Positions 14,309 to 26,765 of a stretch of 64,000 nucleotides of DNA are shown here, one piece after another. Origin of the DNA: Yuukianura sp. NJ FZ-2021 (lineage: Eukaryota); the NCBI GenBank assembly GCA_046563655.1, contig CM102286.1:10726001-10790000 (forward strand), read 5' to 3'. The stretch's first letter is position 1. Every line of letters begins with the position of its first letter. The translations under genes and the position numbers were made by a program. The notes below the pieces were generated by a model. That model saw nothing but the letters and a program-made list of their open reading frames with translations. It was not told the DNA's origin and ran no database searches.

Positions 14309-15215
14309 AACCGGTTGTAAACCGCGCATAAAAAAGTAGCTTTAGCGTTTAGGTGTTTTTTAAAAAACAAACTGGACTAATCTGTTCAGCCCCCCCCCCC
14401 CGGGGGAGTGGGGGATGGGTTCCTCCCACTTTTCCGCCCCCCCCCTAAGAACTGGGGTGGCCCCCCACTTCTCCGCCCCCCGCTCTCCGGAGGAGAGGGG
14501 TGTTCCCCTAATTCCCCCCCCCCCGTGGGGATGTGTTCCCCCACTTTCCCGCCCCATCCGAGGGGGAGTGGGGCGGTGTTTCCCCCAATTTCTCACCCCC
14601 CAGTGGAAATGGGGGGTGAGGTCAAGCAAAGATGTGAGAGGTAGGATCCGGATGAAGCAACAAGAGAGGGAATGGGCACTGGACAATGCATGAGTATGTT
14701 GGTCAACTGCTGCGTAGTTGATTTTTTGCTAAGCAGAAAACCAACTCCCATGCCATTTACCTTTCCAGTCCCACAAGCAGAATTTTTTTTACCCACATAT
14801 CCCGCTGCATGAATTCACGTGGACTTTAAAATCGATTTTGACCCGGAAGGAGGTCACTAACCGGAATGATTTTGCAAACTTGATCTCACCCGGGTCATTA
14901 GCTGTTAAATGGTGAAAACCGGAACGAAATCGATCCAGTAGTTTCCGAGATAATTGTGCGGATATTTTCGCCTATTTTCAATGGTATTCCCTATGCCAAG
15001 ACGGAAAACGCGATGAGGGACAGGCTTTTCTTATGGGGCAAGACGGAAAACGCAATGACAATGCTTTCTGCTATACCAAGACGGAAAACGCGATGACAGT
15101 GCTTCCGCCTATGCCAAGACGGAAAACGCGATGACGGGCCGGCTTTCCTTATGGGGACAAGACGGAAAACGTGATGACGGACAAAAACACTTTTATAAAG
15201 TAGCTAAAGCTACTT
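14309..15215 (-). mobile_element. Non-autonomous Helentron-type element (HINE/DINE-1-like), absent from the paralogous site in copy 2
   Basis: Subterminal inverted repeats aagtagctttagc (about 14334) and gctaaagctactt (15203-15215). End hairpin aagtagc-taaa-gctactt and 3' stem-loop cggtt-tac-aaccg. Internal GC-rich tract and about 5 copies of caagacggaaaacgcgatga. Empty site at about 59750. Confidence 0.8.
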
Positions 15216-15980
15216 AATAATCTAAGCATCCAAAAATCTACGCATGGTAATGGTAATTAACACTTATATTATGCTAACGAACGTAAGCATAACCTAACTT
15301 TAAAGTGTACGCCAAATAACCTAACTAACCAAACTTACTAATCAAAATCCACTGTAACATCATCGTCATGATGCTCCTCATAATATCAAGCTCATCATAA
15401 AATATTATTCTCATCTAACATCATGCTCATCAGATGTTGGCTTGCTTAGATTTTTGTTGCTTATAGATTATGACTTGCTTCGCTCAACTGTGTGTATTTT
15501 CGGCGCTTCAAGTATTCCACCCTGAAGGAACAGCCCATGGCAATTCCAAATGCGTCGCTTTTTCGAAAAAAAAAAAATCTAAAAAAAAACATTTTGTTTG
15601 CATTTGGAAGTTTGAAACACGGAAATAATCAATATTCTCCTCTTGCGATTTGTTGTTGTTGTTATTTGCCTTTAAAACGTACAGTTGTAAAATCGCAGCA
15701 TTGAAGGTAGTATTTAACGCAATTCCATTTTACTTTTATTTTTAATTTAAATACTTTGAACATCCTTTTAAACCTTTCTTTAACATTACTAGTTTATCTT
15801 TTAAATTCAGTCGCTGAATTTATTAATTTATTTTTAATTTGTCCGGACATGGGTAACGTTGGTTCTGCTTAAGTTCAGACTTCAGATTTCTTCATGCTCG
15901 AAAAGCCGCCAAAAATTTTTACTATGATTGTTAAATAGATTTTGATAATTTTTTTCAGTATCCTTAAGGAAAGTCTAAAA

Positions 15981-17086
15981 ATGAAGAAACCGGTTAAAAA
16001 TTCACTCAGGTGCGGCTCATGTGCAGAAAAGTTCTCCAGTAGACACCTACTAGCAGAACATACGGTTTGCGTACACAATTCCAGGATGTTCCAGTGCGTA
16101 ACATGCGACAAAAAATACGCATCCAGAGCCAGTTTAAAACGGCATACGTTAATCCATTCAACAAAAAATCACACGAATGTACAATGTGTCCAAAAATGTT
16201 TATCAAGAAAGAAGACTTGGATTGTCACTTACGAGTGCACACTGGCGAGGACATGGAGAAATGTGATCAGTGCGGTAAAAAATTCGCATGGAAGTCCAGT
16301 TTAAAAGCACATCTAATCACACACATCAAAACTGATGATCATATTTGCGATATTTGTGGCCGGAAGTTGTCAACTGCAGCGAATCTCGTCCTGCACATGC
16401 GCACTCACACCGGCGAAAAACCATTCATATGCAGCGTTTGCTCCGTAAAATTTGCTTCAAAGCGCAGTTTACGTCGACACCAGAAACTTCACGACCTCAT
16501 AAAACAATTTTTGTGTTCACTTTGCCCTTACAGTTCACGCCGAAAACAGGATCTTTTGAGACACAAGGAACTTCATAATCCCCAAAACCCACACAAATGT
16601 GCAGCGTGTCCCAAAGTTTTCATGCGTGAAATGGACCTAAGTACACACATGCGTAGAATACATGGATTAGGGAAGCCGTTTCTTTGCAAATTCTGTCACA
16701 AGACAATCCATGGTGACCATTGGGCTCATTTGCGGAGTCATGAAGAATTTCGAAATAGACATCAATGCCCAACATGCGGAAAACATTTTTCAACAAAAAG
16801 CCATGTTTTGGAACATATCCAGCGACACGGAGGACAAAAGCCGTTGAACTGCAAATTGTGTCCAATTCAGTTTTTCCTAAAAAGGGACCTAGCTGTCCAC
16901 GTTAGAGAACATACCGGGGAGAAGCCGTTTGTGTGCCAAGCATGCGCAGGCGAGTTCGCAACGTCGCAGATTTTAAAGAAACATGAACAAAATACTTGTA
17001 ACAAAAATGAAGCTGAACTACGTCAATACCACCTGAAGTTGGAAAATCGTGAACTCAGAGTCGTTCTTAAACGAATTCAAATTTAA
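15981..17086 (+). pseudogene. C2H2 zinc-finger gene, copy 1, with a 1-nt frameshift after finger 2
   Basis: Near-identical to intact 61165-62271 but split into ORFs 15942-16304 and 16067-17086. caac-aaaaaa-tcac here versus caac-ggtaaaa-tccc in copy 2. The indel lies in an A6 run, so a sequencing error is possible. Confidence 0.65.
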
Positions 17087-17601
17087 TTTCGTAAAAGCAA
17101 AACTTGAACCTTAAAATTAAATGTTTGAAAAAGCTAATTTAGCTGAACTTACCTATATAAATATTTAATATTTCCAGAATATAATATAATAAGTTTAAAT
17201 TAGTGTTGAAGTGTAAAATAGCTAAGAAACAACTAGTACTAAAACAGCTTGATTACATTACATGGTATTGTCAACTCTCTTACTTTCAACTCATCTTCAA
17301 TTTAACTCGACTTAGCGTCTGCAACGCATTCCTTTATCATTTCGATCTTATAATTTTAAGTTTTTCGTAATTTTTTTTATTAGTTTGTAACTTTATGCCG
17401 CGTTCATCTAAAAATTTTTTGTACGTTTAATTCCTTACTAGTTAAGAGTTAGTTGAACACTTCAAGCATTTCTCAATGTTTTCGGCGTACCAAAACTTTT
17501 GGTAGAATTTGGTAGCCGGTCTAAAAGCCGTATCAATTACCAACTCCCTCCAGAAGACCAATGCTCAACCCTTCAGCATCGCCCTACCTTGTTTATAGTA
17601 C

Positions 17602-18417
17602 AAATGCTAAAAAAGAGTTGGAAGGCAAGTGCGGAAACATTGAGTGAAAATTGATGCCTGAACCATTTTCAATGAGGAATCCAAAAATGTAATTTGTTTT
17701 CTCCCAGCTTCGGTCCCGTTTTTCAACTTTTTCGAAATTTCACTTTTTTAAGGCAAAAATGCTGAAAAAGAGTTGGAAGGCAAGTGCGGAAACATTGAGT
17801 GAAAATTGATTTCTGAACCATTTTCAATGAGGAATCCAAAAATGTAATTTGTTTTCTCCCAGCTTCGGTTCCGTTTTTCAACTTTTTTGAAATTGCACTT
17901 TTTTAGAGCAAAAATGCTAAAAAAGAGTTGGAAGGCAAGTGCGGAAACATTGAGTGAAAATTGATTCCTGAACCATTTTCAATGAGGAATCCAAAAATGT
18001 AATTTGTTTTTACCCAGCTTCGGTCCCGTTTTTCAACTTTTTAGAAATTGCACTTTTTTAGAGTAAAAATGCTAAAAAGGAGTTGGAAGGCAAGTGCGAA
18101 AACATTGAGTGGAAATTGATTTCTGAACCATTTTCAATGAGGAATCCAAAAATGTAATTTGTTTTTACTCAGCTTCGGTCCCATTTTTCAACTTTTTCGA
18201 AATTTCACTTTTTTAGAGTAAAAATGCTAAAAAAGAGTTGGAAGGCAAGTGCGGAAACATTGAGTGAAAATTGATGCCTGAACCATTTTCAATGAGGAAT
18301 CCAAAAATGTAATTTGTTTTTACCCAGCTTCGGTCCCGTTTTTCAACTTTTTTGAAATTGCACTTTTTTAGAGTAAAAATGCTAAAAAGGAGTTGGAAGG
18401 CAAGTGCGGAAACATTT
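17602..18417. repeat. 155-bp tandem repeat, 5 full units plus a partial unit
   Basis: gagttggaaggcaagtgcg recurs at 17615, 17770, 17925, 18080, 18235 and 18390. Confidence 0.95.
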
Positions 18418-18910
18418 GTTTTACTTTTCAGGAAAAATATTGGGAAAACAGGTTCGAAAACCAATAGGGATATACTGGGTGAAAGTTATTTCCTAGTTAT
18501 GTTAAATGATTGGTTTTTTTAAAAACTTCTCCGTTGGAGCAAGTTATTTGAAACAATAGCATGGAGCCTGTGGTTTGTTCCTAGTTTTTGCAAAAAGTAT
18601 TTCGAGATGCGAGGGAAACTCCTTCAAGTTAGATAGAGAATGATAATAGTTTACGAATGTTTTGCTTTAAATTAAATGTTTAAATTACTTATAAAAACAC
18701 ATTGGAATACATTTGTACGCCAAAATACGTGTTCTTTAGCATTTTTCTGACATATCCGACAATTCTGAGGATTAGTCAGCCCCGTGTACACCGCGAGGAG
18801 AATTAAATTGACGATTCTGAGGATTAGTCGGGCCCTCCTATACCGCGGTTAAACCGCGGTCCAAATTCACGCAGGTTGAATTTTCTCGGTTTCATGAGAT
18901 GCATTTAGCG

Positions 18911-20072
18911 TTATTATAATAGCGAAGCTATTATTATAGAAGACGTTTGTCTGTCCGTCTGTCCGGATCATGTAGCTCGGAAACTACTGGTCCGATTTGA
19001 TTCCGGTTTTCACCTATCAACATCCCATGACCGCCACTTGGTCACTATTTAATATGACCTCCGTGTGACAACTCCTTCCGGGTCAAAGGTCAATTTTTCA
19101 TCAATTACCCGGTTTTATCCCGAGTAACATGAAAACTGACCTCTACAAAAGTTGTTCAACTGCTCGAGAGCAACAACTTTTCTGTACCTCATGTGACCCT
19201 AGTTCAACTCCTTCCGGGTCAAAATCGATTTCAAAGGTCATTTGTAATGCAAGTGTGGGTAAAAAAAACTCTGCTTGTGAGACTGGAAAGGCAATTGGCA
19301 TGGGACTTGATTCTCTGCTTAGCAAAAAATCTATTACGCAGTTGACATGTACACGTGTGCCCAGTCGCCTATCCATTCGTTCTGTTGTTGCTTCATCCAG
19401 ATCCCACCTCTCCTCATCTTTGTTTGAAGTCACTGCGACACCCCATAGGAGGTGAGGAAGTGGGGGAAACACCCCCTCTCCCCTGGGGCACTCACCCCCT
19501 CTCCCCCGGGGCACTCACCCCCTCTCCCCCGGGGCACTCACCCCCTCTCCTCCGGTGAACCACCCCCTCTCCCCCGGGGCACTCACCCCCTCTCCCCCGG
19601 GGCACTCACCCCCTCTTCCCCCGGGGAAACACCCCCTCTCCCCCCGGGGAACCACCCCCTCTCCCCCCGGGGAACCACCCCCTCTCCCCCCGGGGAACCA
19701 CCCCCTCTTCCCCCGGGAAACCACCCCCTCTTCCCCCGGGGAACCCACTCTCGCGCTCCCTGGGGTGCGGAGCAAAAAGTGCGGGGAACACCTCCACTCC
19801 CCCTGGGGGGCGGGAAATTGGGGGGAACACCCCCCGCGCTCCCTGGGGTGCGGAGCAAAAAAGTGCGGGGAACACCCACACTCCCCCTGGGGGGCGGGAA
19901 ATTGGGGGGAACACACCCCCACTCCCCGGGGGGGGGCAGGCGTAAAAGTGGGGGAACACACCCCCACTCCTCCGGGGGGGGCGGGAAAGTGGGGGAATAC
20001 CCCCACCCCCCTGTGGGGCTACCCCCTCTTTCTTCGCTATTATCAGTATGCGCGGTTTACAACCGGTTTATT
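18911..20072 (+). mobile_element. HINE/DINE-1-like element with internal C-rich minisatellites
   Basis: 5' hairpin ataatagc-gaa-gctattat, (GTCY)n microsatellite at about 18948, 3' subterminal repeat cttcgctattat, stem-loop cggtt-tac-aaccg, ttatt ends. About 22-bp ccccggggcactcaccccctct array at about 19470-19745. Confidence 0.85.
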
Positions 20073-20404
20073 TGATCTTCTCTCTGCATCTTCTGGTCAC
20101 ATCATCTGTTTTCATTTTGCAAGATTGAGGAGTTTGGAAGGAAGGAAATTTGAAGAGGACGAGTATCGATCAACATGAGGTCAAAGGTCACTGATTTCCA
20201 GTAATGTCAACAACATGCACTGACTAACCAAAACTACTACGCTGACAGAATTTTGAGGTAAAAGACGTTTAACAAGTTCACGTTTCAGGTTCAAGCATTG
20301 GATGGAACATTACTGTAAAATTTATTAGCAGTAACTACAAATTATACTGTTTTCCCCTAAAATTTCACCCACTACTGCATTTCTTGTATTTATTTTTCCA
20401 GACG

Positions 20405-23400
20405 ATGACGAGACAACATGTCCTCACTCGCCTACTATGTATTTTTTTAACATCGCAATTCCCAGTGCGGGCCGAAGAGTTAGCCCAAAGTTTAATTGAA
20501 AATAATTCCACGAACTTCCTGTTCCAGGAACGAGCTGATGATCTTCCGATCAGTCCCTCAGAAACTACTGTCTGGGGCCCTGGACTAAGACCGCATGAAA
20601 TTGTACTGCCTGCGAGATACTTTTTTGTTGAACTCAAAGGAAGAGGTGGTAAGAAATAAGCAAGTTAATAACTGTGTCGTACATCTTTAGCATAAGCAGC
20701 GGTACTAACTTATTAATCGGTTTAAAGGTTGAAACAAAAAGACGTTGACAAGGATGAACTTCGCGTACGAATCGATTGCTCAGGAGATCGTGAAGTTTGG
20801 ACTCAAGTGCTGAGTGGTGGAGACGAGGATGAAGCTGTTTTTGTCGTCAGATACAAAACGCTCCAGTCGTGTCACAACGAATTTCGAATCATCATTACGT
20901 ATTCCCATATGCATCTTGCCGATTCGCCTATACTGATTAGCGGTACAATTCTGTCAATTCTTATAAATGCATCGAGAGTTGAATATTTAGAAATTGTCTG
21001 ATACCTGATATGTAATTGTCTTTACAGCTCCGGTACTTCCAGATGCTTGTGGTTGTCCACAAGTACCTGCAAAAGAGTGGCTTGAAAGTGTCGGATGTCC
21101 AAAAAGTAACCAACAGTTGACGAGTGACCTTCGACCATTTCCGAATTGTTCAGTGGATTTCGACAAAGTTCTGGAAGGCGTGTTAAACAAATTCCATCGA
21201 CCCAGTTCTCACAGTTTTTGTCACTATGCAATCGTGAAGAATCTCGTGAGTTTTTTTTTTTTTTTATTGATTTTCATACAATTATTGAATTCTTCGGAAA
21301 AGGGATCATTTGCGTATTCTTAACATTTTATATTGCTTTAACACAACCACGTCCAATCGACACACGTTTGTAGCACGAAATTTTCGGTCTGAAGAAAACT
21401 TTTTTCGGGGTCAACTCAAAATTTTCGGATTTTTCGAGAATTTTTAAAACAGATTGAAGTAATTTTTTCAAAAAAAAAATTTTGAAATTTTTTTTTCACA
21501 AATTTTTGAAAAATTTTTGTTTTATTGTTTTGCATTTTTTCCCTTGCAAAAAGGCGAAAAAAAATGTAATCTGCTATGAATTATTACGTTTATATGAAAA
21601 ATATTCAGAATTCGTTTTTCTACGTTCCGTCTGGTACCAGGTCGGTTTGAAATCCGGATCATGGAAAGACCTGACCAAGGTCGGGGTCACTGAGGTCAAG
21701 TCAAGGTCACCGTGGGTAATGTGTTCCTACGACCTGAAATCGCCTTTTCTTGGATGCAGCGGTCAAATTTGACCTTTGAGACCGATCCTAGGTGACCTCG
21801 GTCATGACCTTTTGCCGATACCAGGCCGATCTACCGATCCGACCCGATCCACCCCTCCTTTTGCTCGATTACTTTGGATTCGGCTATTCAAAACAATTTC
21901 CGACCCGGTACCGGCAAAGCCAGACCGGGTTCGGTTTGTCTACCGTTCCGAGTATCGAATCGAACCGAACCGATCTAATGGGAAATATGCCTAGGTTCGA
22001 ATCCAGTTGTCAATTTTAGCCGTCAAAATAATCGAATCGATTCTACAGGTAACCGATCCGACTATACCGGTAACCCGGCACGGTCTTTTTATCGATCCCA
22101 GACGAGCCCTGAAAGGGCGCGGGGCGGTAATCAGAGTTCGGGGACATCCGCCCCAAATCATAGCTGACGAGGATCGGGAGCACAGGCTGTTGTCCGACCA
22201 TTTTCGTCTCCCCAGCACCGCGCCTGATACTAAAAGCATGAGGTTCGGGTATTTGGATCGCCACGCATAAAAAGCGGGAGCGGGTGGTAAACCAAAATTA
22301 TCGGGAGCGGAAAGAACTGGAGCGGAGAGAGTGGGAGTAGACCAAACTCCCCGAACTCTGCATAGTGACGCCAGGCGTGGTACTCTAAACTACGTTTTAC
22401 CGATATCCATACCTACCGCACCCCGGAGGGTGCGGTGTTTGGAATATATTTCTATTTATTACCATTATTGATACTATACAATACAATAATAATAATAAAT
22501 AATAATAATAATATAATGCATATATATTATATTATATAAAAAATATATCATCATACAGAGTTCGGTGGTTTTGTTCCGCTTCACTTCTTTGAGAACCGCC
22601 GCTCCCGATCCGATCCCCTGCACAAGGAGCGGGGATCGGGAGCTTGAAATGACCGGGAAGCAGCCTTCGCTCCCGATTTGAATTGGGATCGGTGATTACG
22701 GGGAACGGATTTCCCCGAGCTCTGATTAGTGCCCCGCACCCTTTGAGGGGCCGAGTCGGATCGGTAAAAAGACCGAACCTGGTACCGGTATAATCGGTTC
22801 GGTTACATTTAAAACCGATTATTTTGATGGCAAAATTTGATAAGTGAATTAGAATCTAGGCATATTTCCCATTGGACCGGTTTGGTTCGGTTCGACACGG
22901 AACGGTATAGAAACCGAACTCGGTTCTGGCTTTGCCGATACCGATGGGAAGTTGTTTTGAATAACCGAATCCAAAATAATCGAGCCAAAGTCATTGCTGG
23001 TTAGGTTAGGTTAGGTTAGGGTTGGATCGGTAAATCGGCAGGGTAATGGCAAAAGGTCATGACCGAGGTCACCTAGGGTCGGTCTCAAAGGTCAAATTTG
23101 ACTGCTGCATCAGAGAAAAGGTGATAACGGGTCATAGGAACCCATTGCCCACGGTGACCTCGACTTGACCTCTGTGACCTCGACCTTGACCTTTGACCTC
23201 TGACGTAACTGAGGTCATCGATATATCTCATTTTTAGCCCACCCCAAACCCCAATAGCTTTTTGACGTTTTTTGATCGTTTTCGTTTTTAATCGATTTTT
23301 TAAAATGATGGCTACAAACGTGTGTCGATTGGGGCCATGTGTAGGCAAAAAGCGTTGAACCGTATAGTGTTAATCAGGTATATCGAAAATGTTATGGCGA

Positions 23401-24547
23401 GCATACCGGTTTCCATATTTTTCCGGATGCAATTCTTCTGTTCCTCACTCGCCGGATGTGGATGCCCGATGTAGAATTTGTGATGAACCTTGGCGACTGG
23501 CCACTCGTGAAAGCCGAAAAGTCGAAAACCAATTACCTTCTACTACCAATTTTTTCTTGGCGTAAAACTTCTGAACACCTCGACATTATAGTTCCAACTT
23601 ATGAGCTTACGGAGGCATCTCTAGAAATGATGGGAAGGTACACTCGCAATAATTGCTACAAATTATTGATCACAAATGTATAATGATTGACGACTTCACA
23701 TGTTTGCCTCAGGGTATCAGTTGACATGGTCAGGTCAGTGTTCATGGAAACGTTGGAGTTCCATGGAACAACAAAAAGGCAAAACTGTTTTGGCGTGGAC
23801 GAGATTCTCGTGAAGAACGATTGCACTTGATTCGGATCGGTCGGGCGCATTCGGATCTTTTTATGTTTCCTTAACCAATTTTTTCTTCTTCCGAGATAGA
23901 ATGGACGAATTCGGTACAAAGGAGCCTCAAGTCTCCTTCTTTACTTTTTTCAACGTAAGTTATCATTTTTTGACAAGTTGAAGTCAATTTTTTCTTACAA
24001 AGTTTTTGTGAATGCCTAATTTCAGTACAATCAACTGAACATCTGTATCTCTGTATCAACTGAACATCGATGGCACAGTGGCCTCGTATAGGTTTCCATT
24101 TTTGCTGGCAGGGGACGCTGTTGTGTTCAAAGTAGATTCACCCTACATTGAACTCTTCTACCGTGACCTCTCCCCGCTGACTCACTACATTCCAGTCAAA
24201 AACAACATGGACGACCTAGTGGACAAGGTCAAGTGGGCTCTCGAGAATGACGAAATGGTCAAGGCAATTGGGGACAACGGGAGAAAATATTCCACAGAGA
24301 ATCTGATGCCATTAGAGGTTTTTTGTTACCATGCATCTGCGTATACCGTAAGCGAGAAACAACAGATAACCTTCCTAGATTTTCCTACTGCAAACACTGA
24401 TTCAGTTTTGGAGGGCATTAATAGATTAATATTTAAATAATCAAAATTATTTCTTAGGAATGGGCACAAAGACTAATGAAACCCATTTTTGTTCGACCTG
24501 GAATGGAAGTCGTTAAACAAGCCAAAGTGAGCCATGGAAGAATATAA
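20405..24547 (+). pseudogene. POGLUT2: Protein O-glucosyltransferase 2/3 (KDELC-like; filamin plus glycosyltransferase family 90), disrupted
   Basis: Motifs [74 protein letters not shown]. Lesions: 5-bp ggtca duplication (about 23728), 1-nt loss (about 23862), scrambled duplication (about 24030-24065), a 2-kb insertion beside a splice acceptor, and no C-terminal xDEL. Confidence 0.85.
21342..23369. mobile_element. TTAA-flanked, piggyBac-like non-autonomous foldback element in a POGLUT2 intron
   Basis: TTAA at 21338-21341 and 23370-23373. CAC...GTG ends. Inverted motif ccaatcgacacacgtttgtagc lies at unequal distances from the two ends. Long imperfect inverted arms (about 21680-22360 versus 22556-23215) surround an AT-rich core. 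Confidence 0.7.
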
Positions 24548-24673
24548 TATAACTAATATAACTAATTATAATTTGTAGCCTTACGGCTACAATCCCCTCA
24601 AAACTCTCCAGAAAATCAGACTCCCTCTAAGGCTGAAGGCCCGAGCTCCAGAAAAACGGAAAGACCAAAGGTC

Positions 24674-24850
24674 AATAAACCGGTTGTAGACCGCATATAA
24701 TAAAGATAGCTCAGCCAGGGGTACAGGGGGAGTAGGGGTAGGTTCCCGTTCGTGTAATGTTAGGTTCCCCCGGGGTTGTGGGGTAGCCTCCCATCGTGTG
24801 TCTGGGGTTGGGTTCCCCCCGGGGGTATGGATGGGTTCAACCCGGATAGA
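24674..24850 (-). mobile_element. Truncated 3' end of a HINE
   Basis: aataaaccggttgtagaccgcatata matches the terminal stem-loop region of the 14309 and 25143 elements and is followed by a G-rich segment. Confidence 0.55.
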
Positions 24851-25142
24851 CAGCAATCTGCAACGGTTGTATGGAGTTTATTGGACACACAAATAACCTG
24901 GACAAACAGAGGCTAACTTCATGATAGCTGAAATTGAAGTCACTACTAAAACTACCTGAACTGAAAACTGCTAACACAGATCGCAGTCTGTGTAGCAGAG
25001 AAACGAAACGCTAAACCTCTCAAAGTACCTCACAAATGATCAATGAACAAATGGGGAAAAACTAACTGGAAAAGGGTGCAAAAACGTTTCATCTTCATGC
25101 CCTAAGAGATAGTCGGGCGAACCTTGGTAACTCTGATAAACT

Positions 25143-25908
25143 AATAAACCGGTTGTAAACTGCCCATAATGATAATAGCGAAGCAATAGGGCAGTTTTCT
25201 CAAACTTGCTGAAGCCCCCCGGGGGAGTGGGGGTGTGTTGCCCCACTTTCCCGTCCCCCCCCCCCACCCGGGGAAGTGGGGGTGTGTTCCCCCAATTTCC
25301 GGCTTGATGGGTGACGTGTGACAGGTGACAAGTGAAGGGTGACAGGTGATAAGTGAGGTGTGACAGGTGACAGGTGACAAGTGAGGTGTGACAAGTGACG
25401 TGTGACTGGTGACAAGTGAGATGTGACAGATGAAGTGTGACAGGTGACACTTGAGTCAACTGCGTAATAGATTTTTTGCTAAGCAGATAATCAAGTCCCA
25501 TACCATATGGCTTTCCAGTCTCACAAGCAGAATTTTTTAACCCACACTTGTACTACAAATGACCTTTGAAATCGATTTTGACCCGGAAGCAGGTGACCCA
25601 GGGTGACACATTAAACACAAAAGTTGTTCCCCTCGATGAGATGAACACCTTTTGTTGAGGTCATTTTCCATGTTACAGGGTTGGAAACCGGTTGACCTTG
25701 ACCTTTGACCCAAAAGGAGTTGACACCCCGGGGTCATATTCAATAGTGACCTAGTCCGGGTGATGGGATGTTGAGAGGTGAAAACCTGAATCAAATTGGA
25801 CCAGTAGTTTTCGAGCTACATGATCCGGACAGACAGACAGACGGACAGACGGAGGGACAGACGGATAGACAAACCACTTTTACAATAATAGCGAAGCTAT
25901 TATAATAA
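25143..25908 (-). mobile_element. HINE of the same family as 18911-20072, with an internal gtgacag/gtgacaa array
   Basis: Shared body (e.g. gaaatcgattttgacccggaag, ccagtagttttcgagctacatgatccggacagac), (GTCY)n, terminal hairpin and 3' stem-loop. Confidence 0.85.
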
Positions 25909-26544
25909 CCTTGGCGTTTCTTCTTGTTTCACTTGTAATTGGCGTTCTTCCTGTTACGATCCTTGACGTGGCCCTCGGGGTTGTCCCACTTCTTGTATTC
26001 TTTGTCTTCCAACTTTTCGCTTGGCGTAGGGCGGTTGACTACTCCGAACACGACAAGTAGGTAGCGAAATGATCGTAATCTCCACAGAAGCAGCATTGTA
26101 TGAGCCGCCGAGGTTGACGACTGGCAGCATGAGTTGGTTAGGTAATGTTAGTTCTGCTGCTTCTTGCACCGATTCTTCCAGAAAATCGACGTCCTCTTGT
26201 GATACCGTGATGATCAGTACGTCGTCTGCAGCGTCCTACATCACGACATCACGAATTGGTTACGAATCCATAGGTTTATCTGAAATAAAGGAAACTTAAA
26301 ATTCTCTCCATTAAATTGATCCAAACCCAAACTTGTTCAGAATAGACCAAAAGTGAGTTTTATTTAAGTGTTTTCTGGAAAACAGCGAAAAGGAGAATGC
26401 GTTCTCCTTCTCCAAAGTTCAAGACCATATACATCTGTCCTTTGTCCCTTTCAGTGTGGACAACTTCTTGGAAAATCAAAAAGGAACTTTCAAAGTGGGT
26501 GGGACTTTAGTTCAGCAGTTTTCCCAGAAAATGTTAAAAACAAA

Positions 26545-26765
26545 TGAGGCAGGAAGAGAGAAATGATGCCTAAAACTGACGTGAACTATGACCCCAGATG
26601 CTGTCCCTTACTCCACAAAATGACAAGAGTTCAGGAAAGGCTAGAGACGAGAGCTCCGTTTATGATGAGGTCTTTATTGAGACTGCCTTATAGCTATACA
26701 CATTCTCACTCATCCTACAGTTTTGAATGTGTTCCCGCCGGAGTCTCACCTTACCCCGCTTTACA
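26545..26765 (-). mobile_element. LTR-like direct repeat, copy A
   Basis: Clear direct repeat of 31061-31308. Ends in gctttaca. AATAAA on the minus strand. Confidence 0.6.

Noticed and set aside
17602..18417. Regularly spaced repeats resembling a CRISPR array
   Set aside because: Whole 155-bp units repeat with no unique spacers, there are no cas genes, and the DNA is eukaryotic.
19452..20178. Pro/Gly-rich ORFs of up to 207 aa in several frames
   Set aside because: By-products of a stop-poor GC minisatellite inside a HINE; the same applies to the ORFs at 14360-14796.
22999..23021. (TTAGG)n as a telomere or chromosome fusion relic
   Set aside because: Only about 4 units and embedded in a transposon arm; similar short runs occur in the MITE at about 50875.
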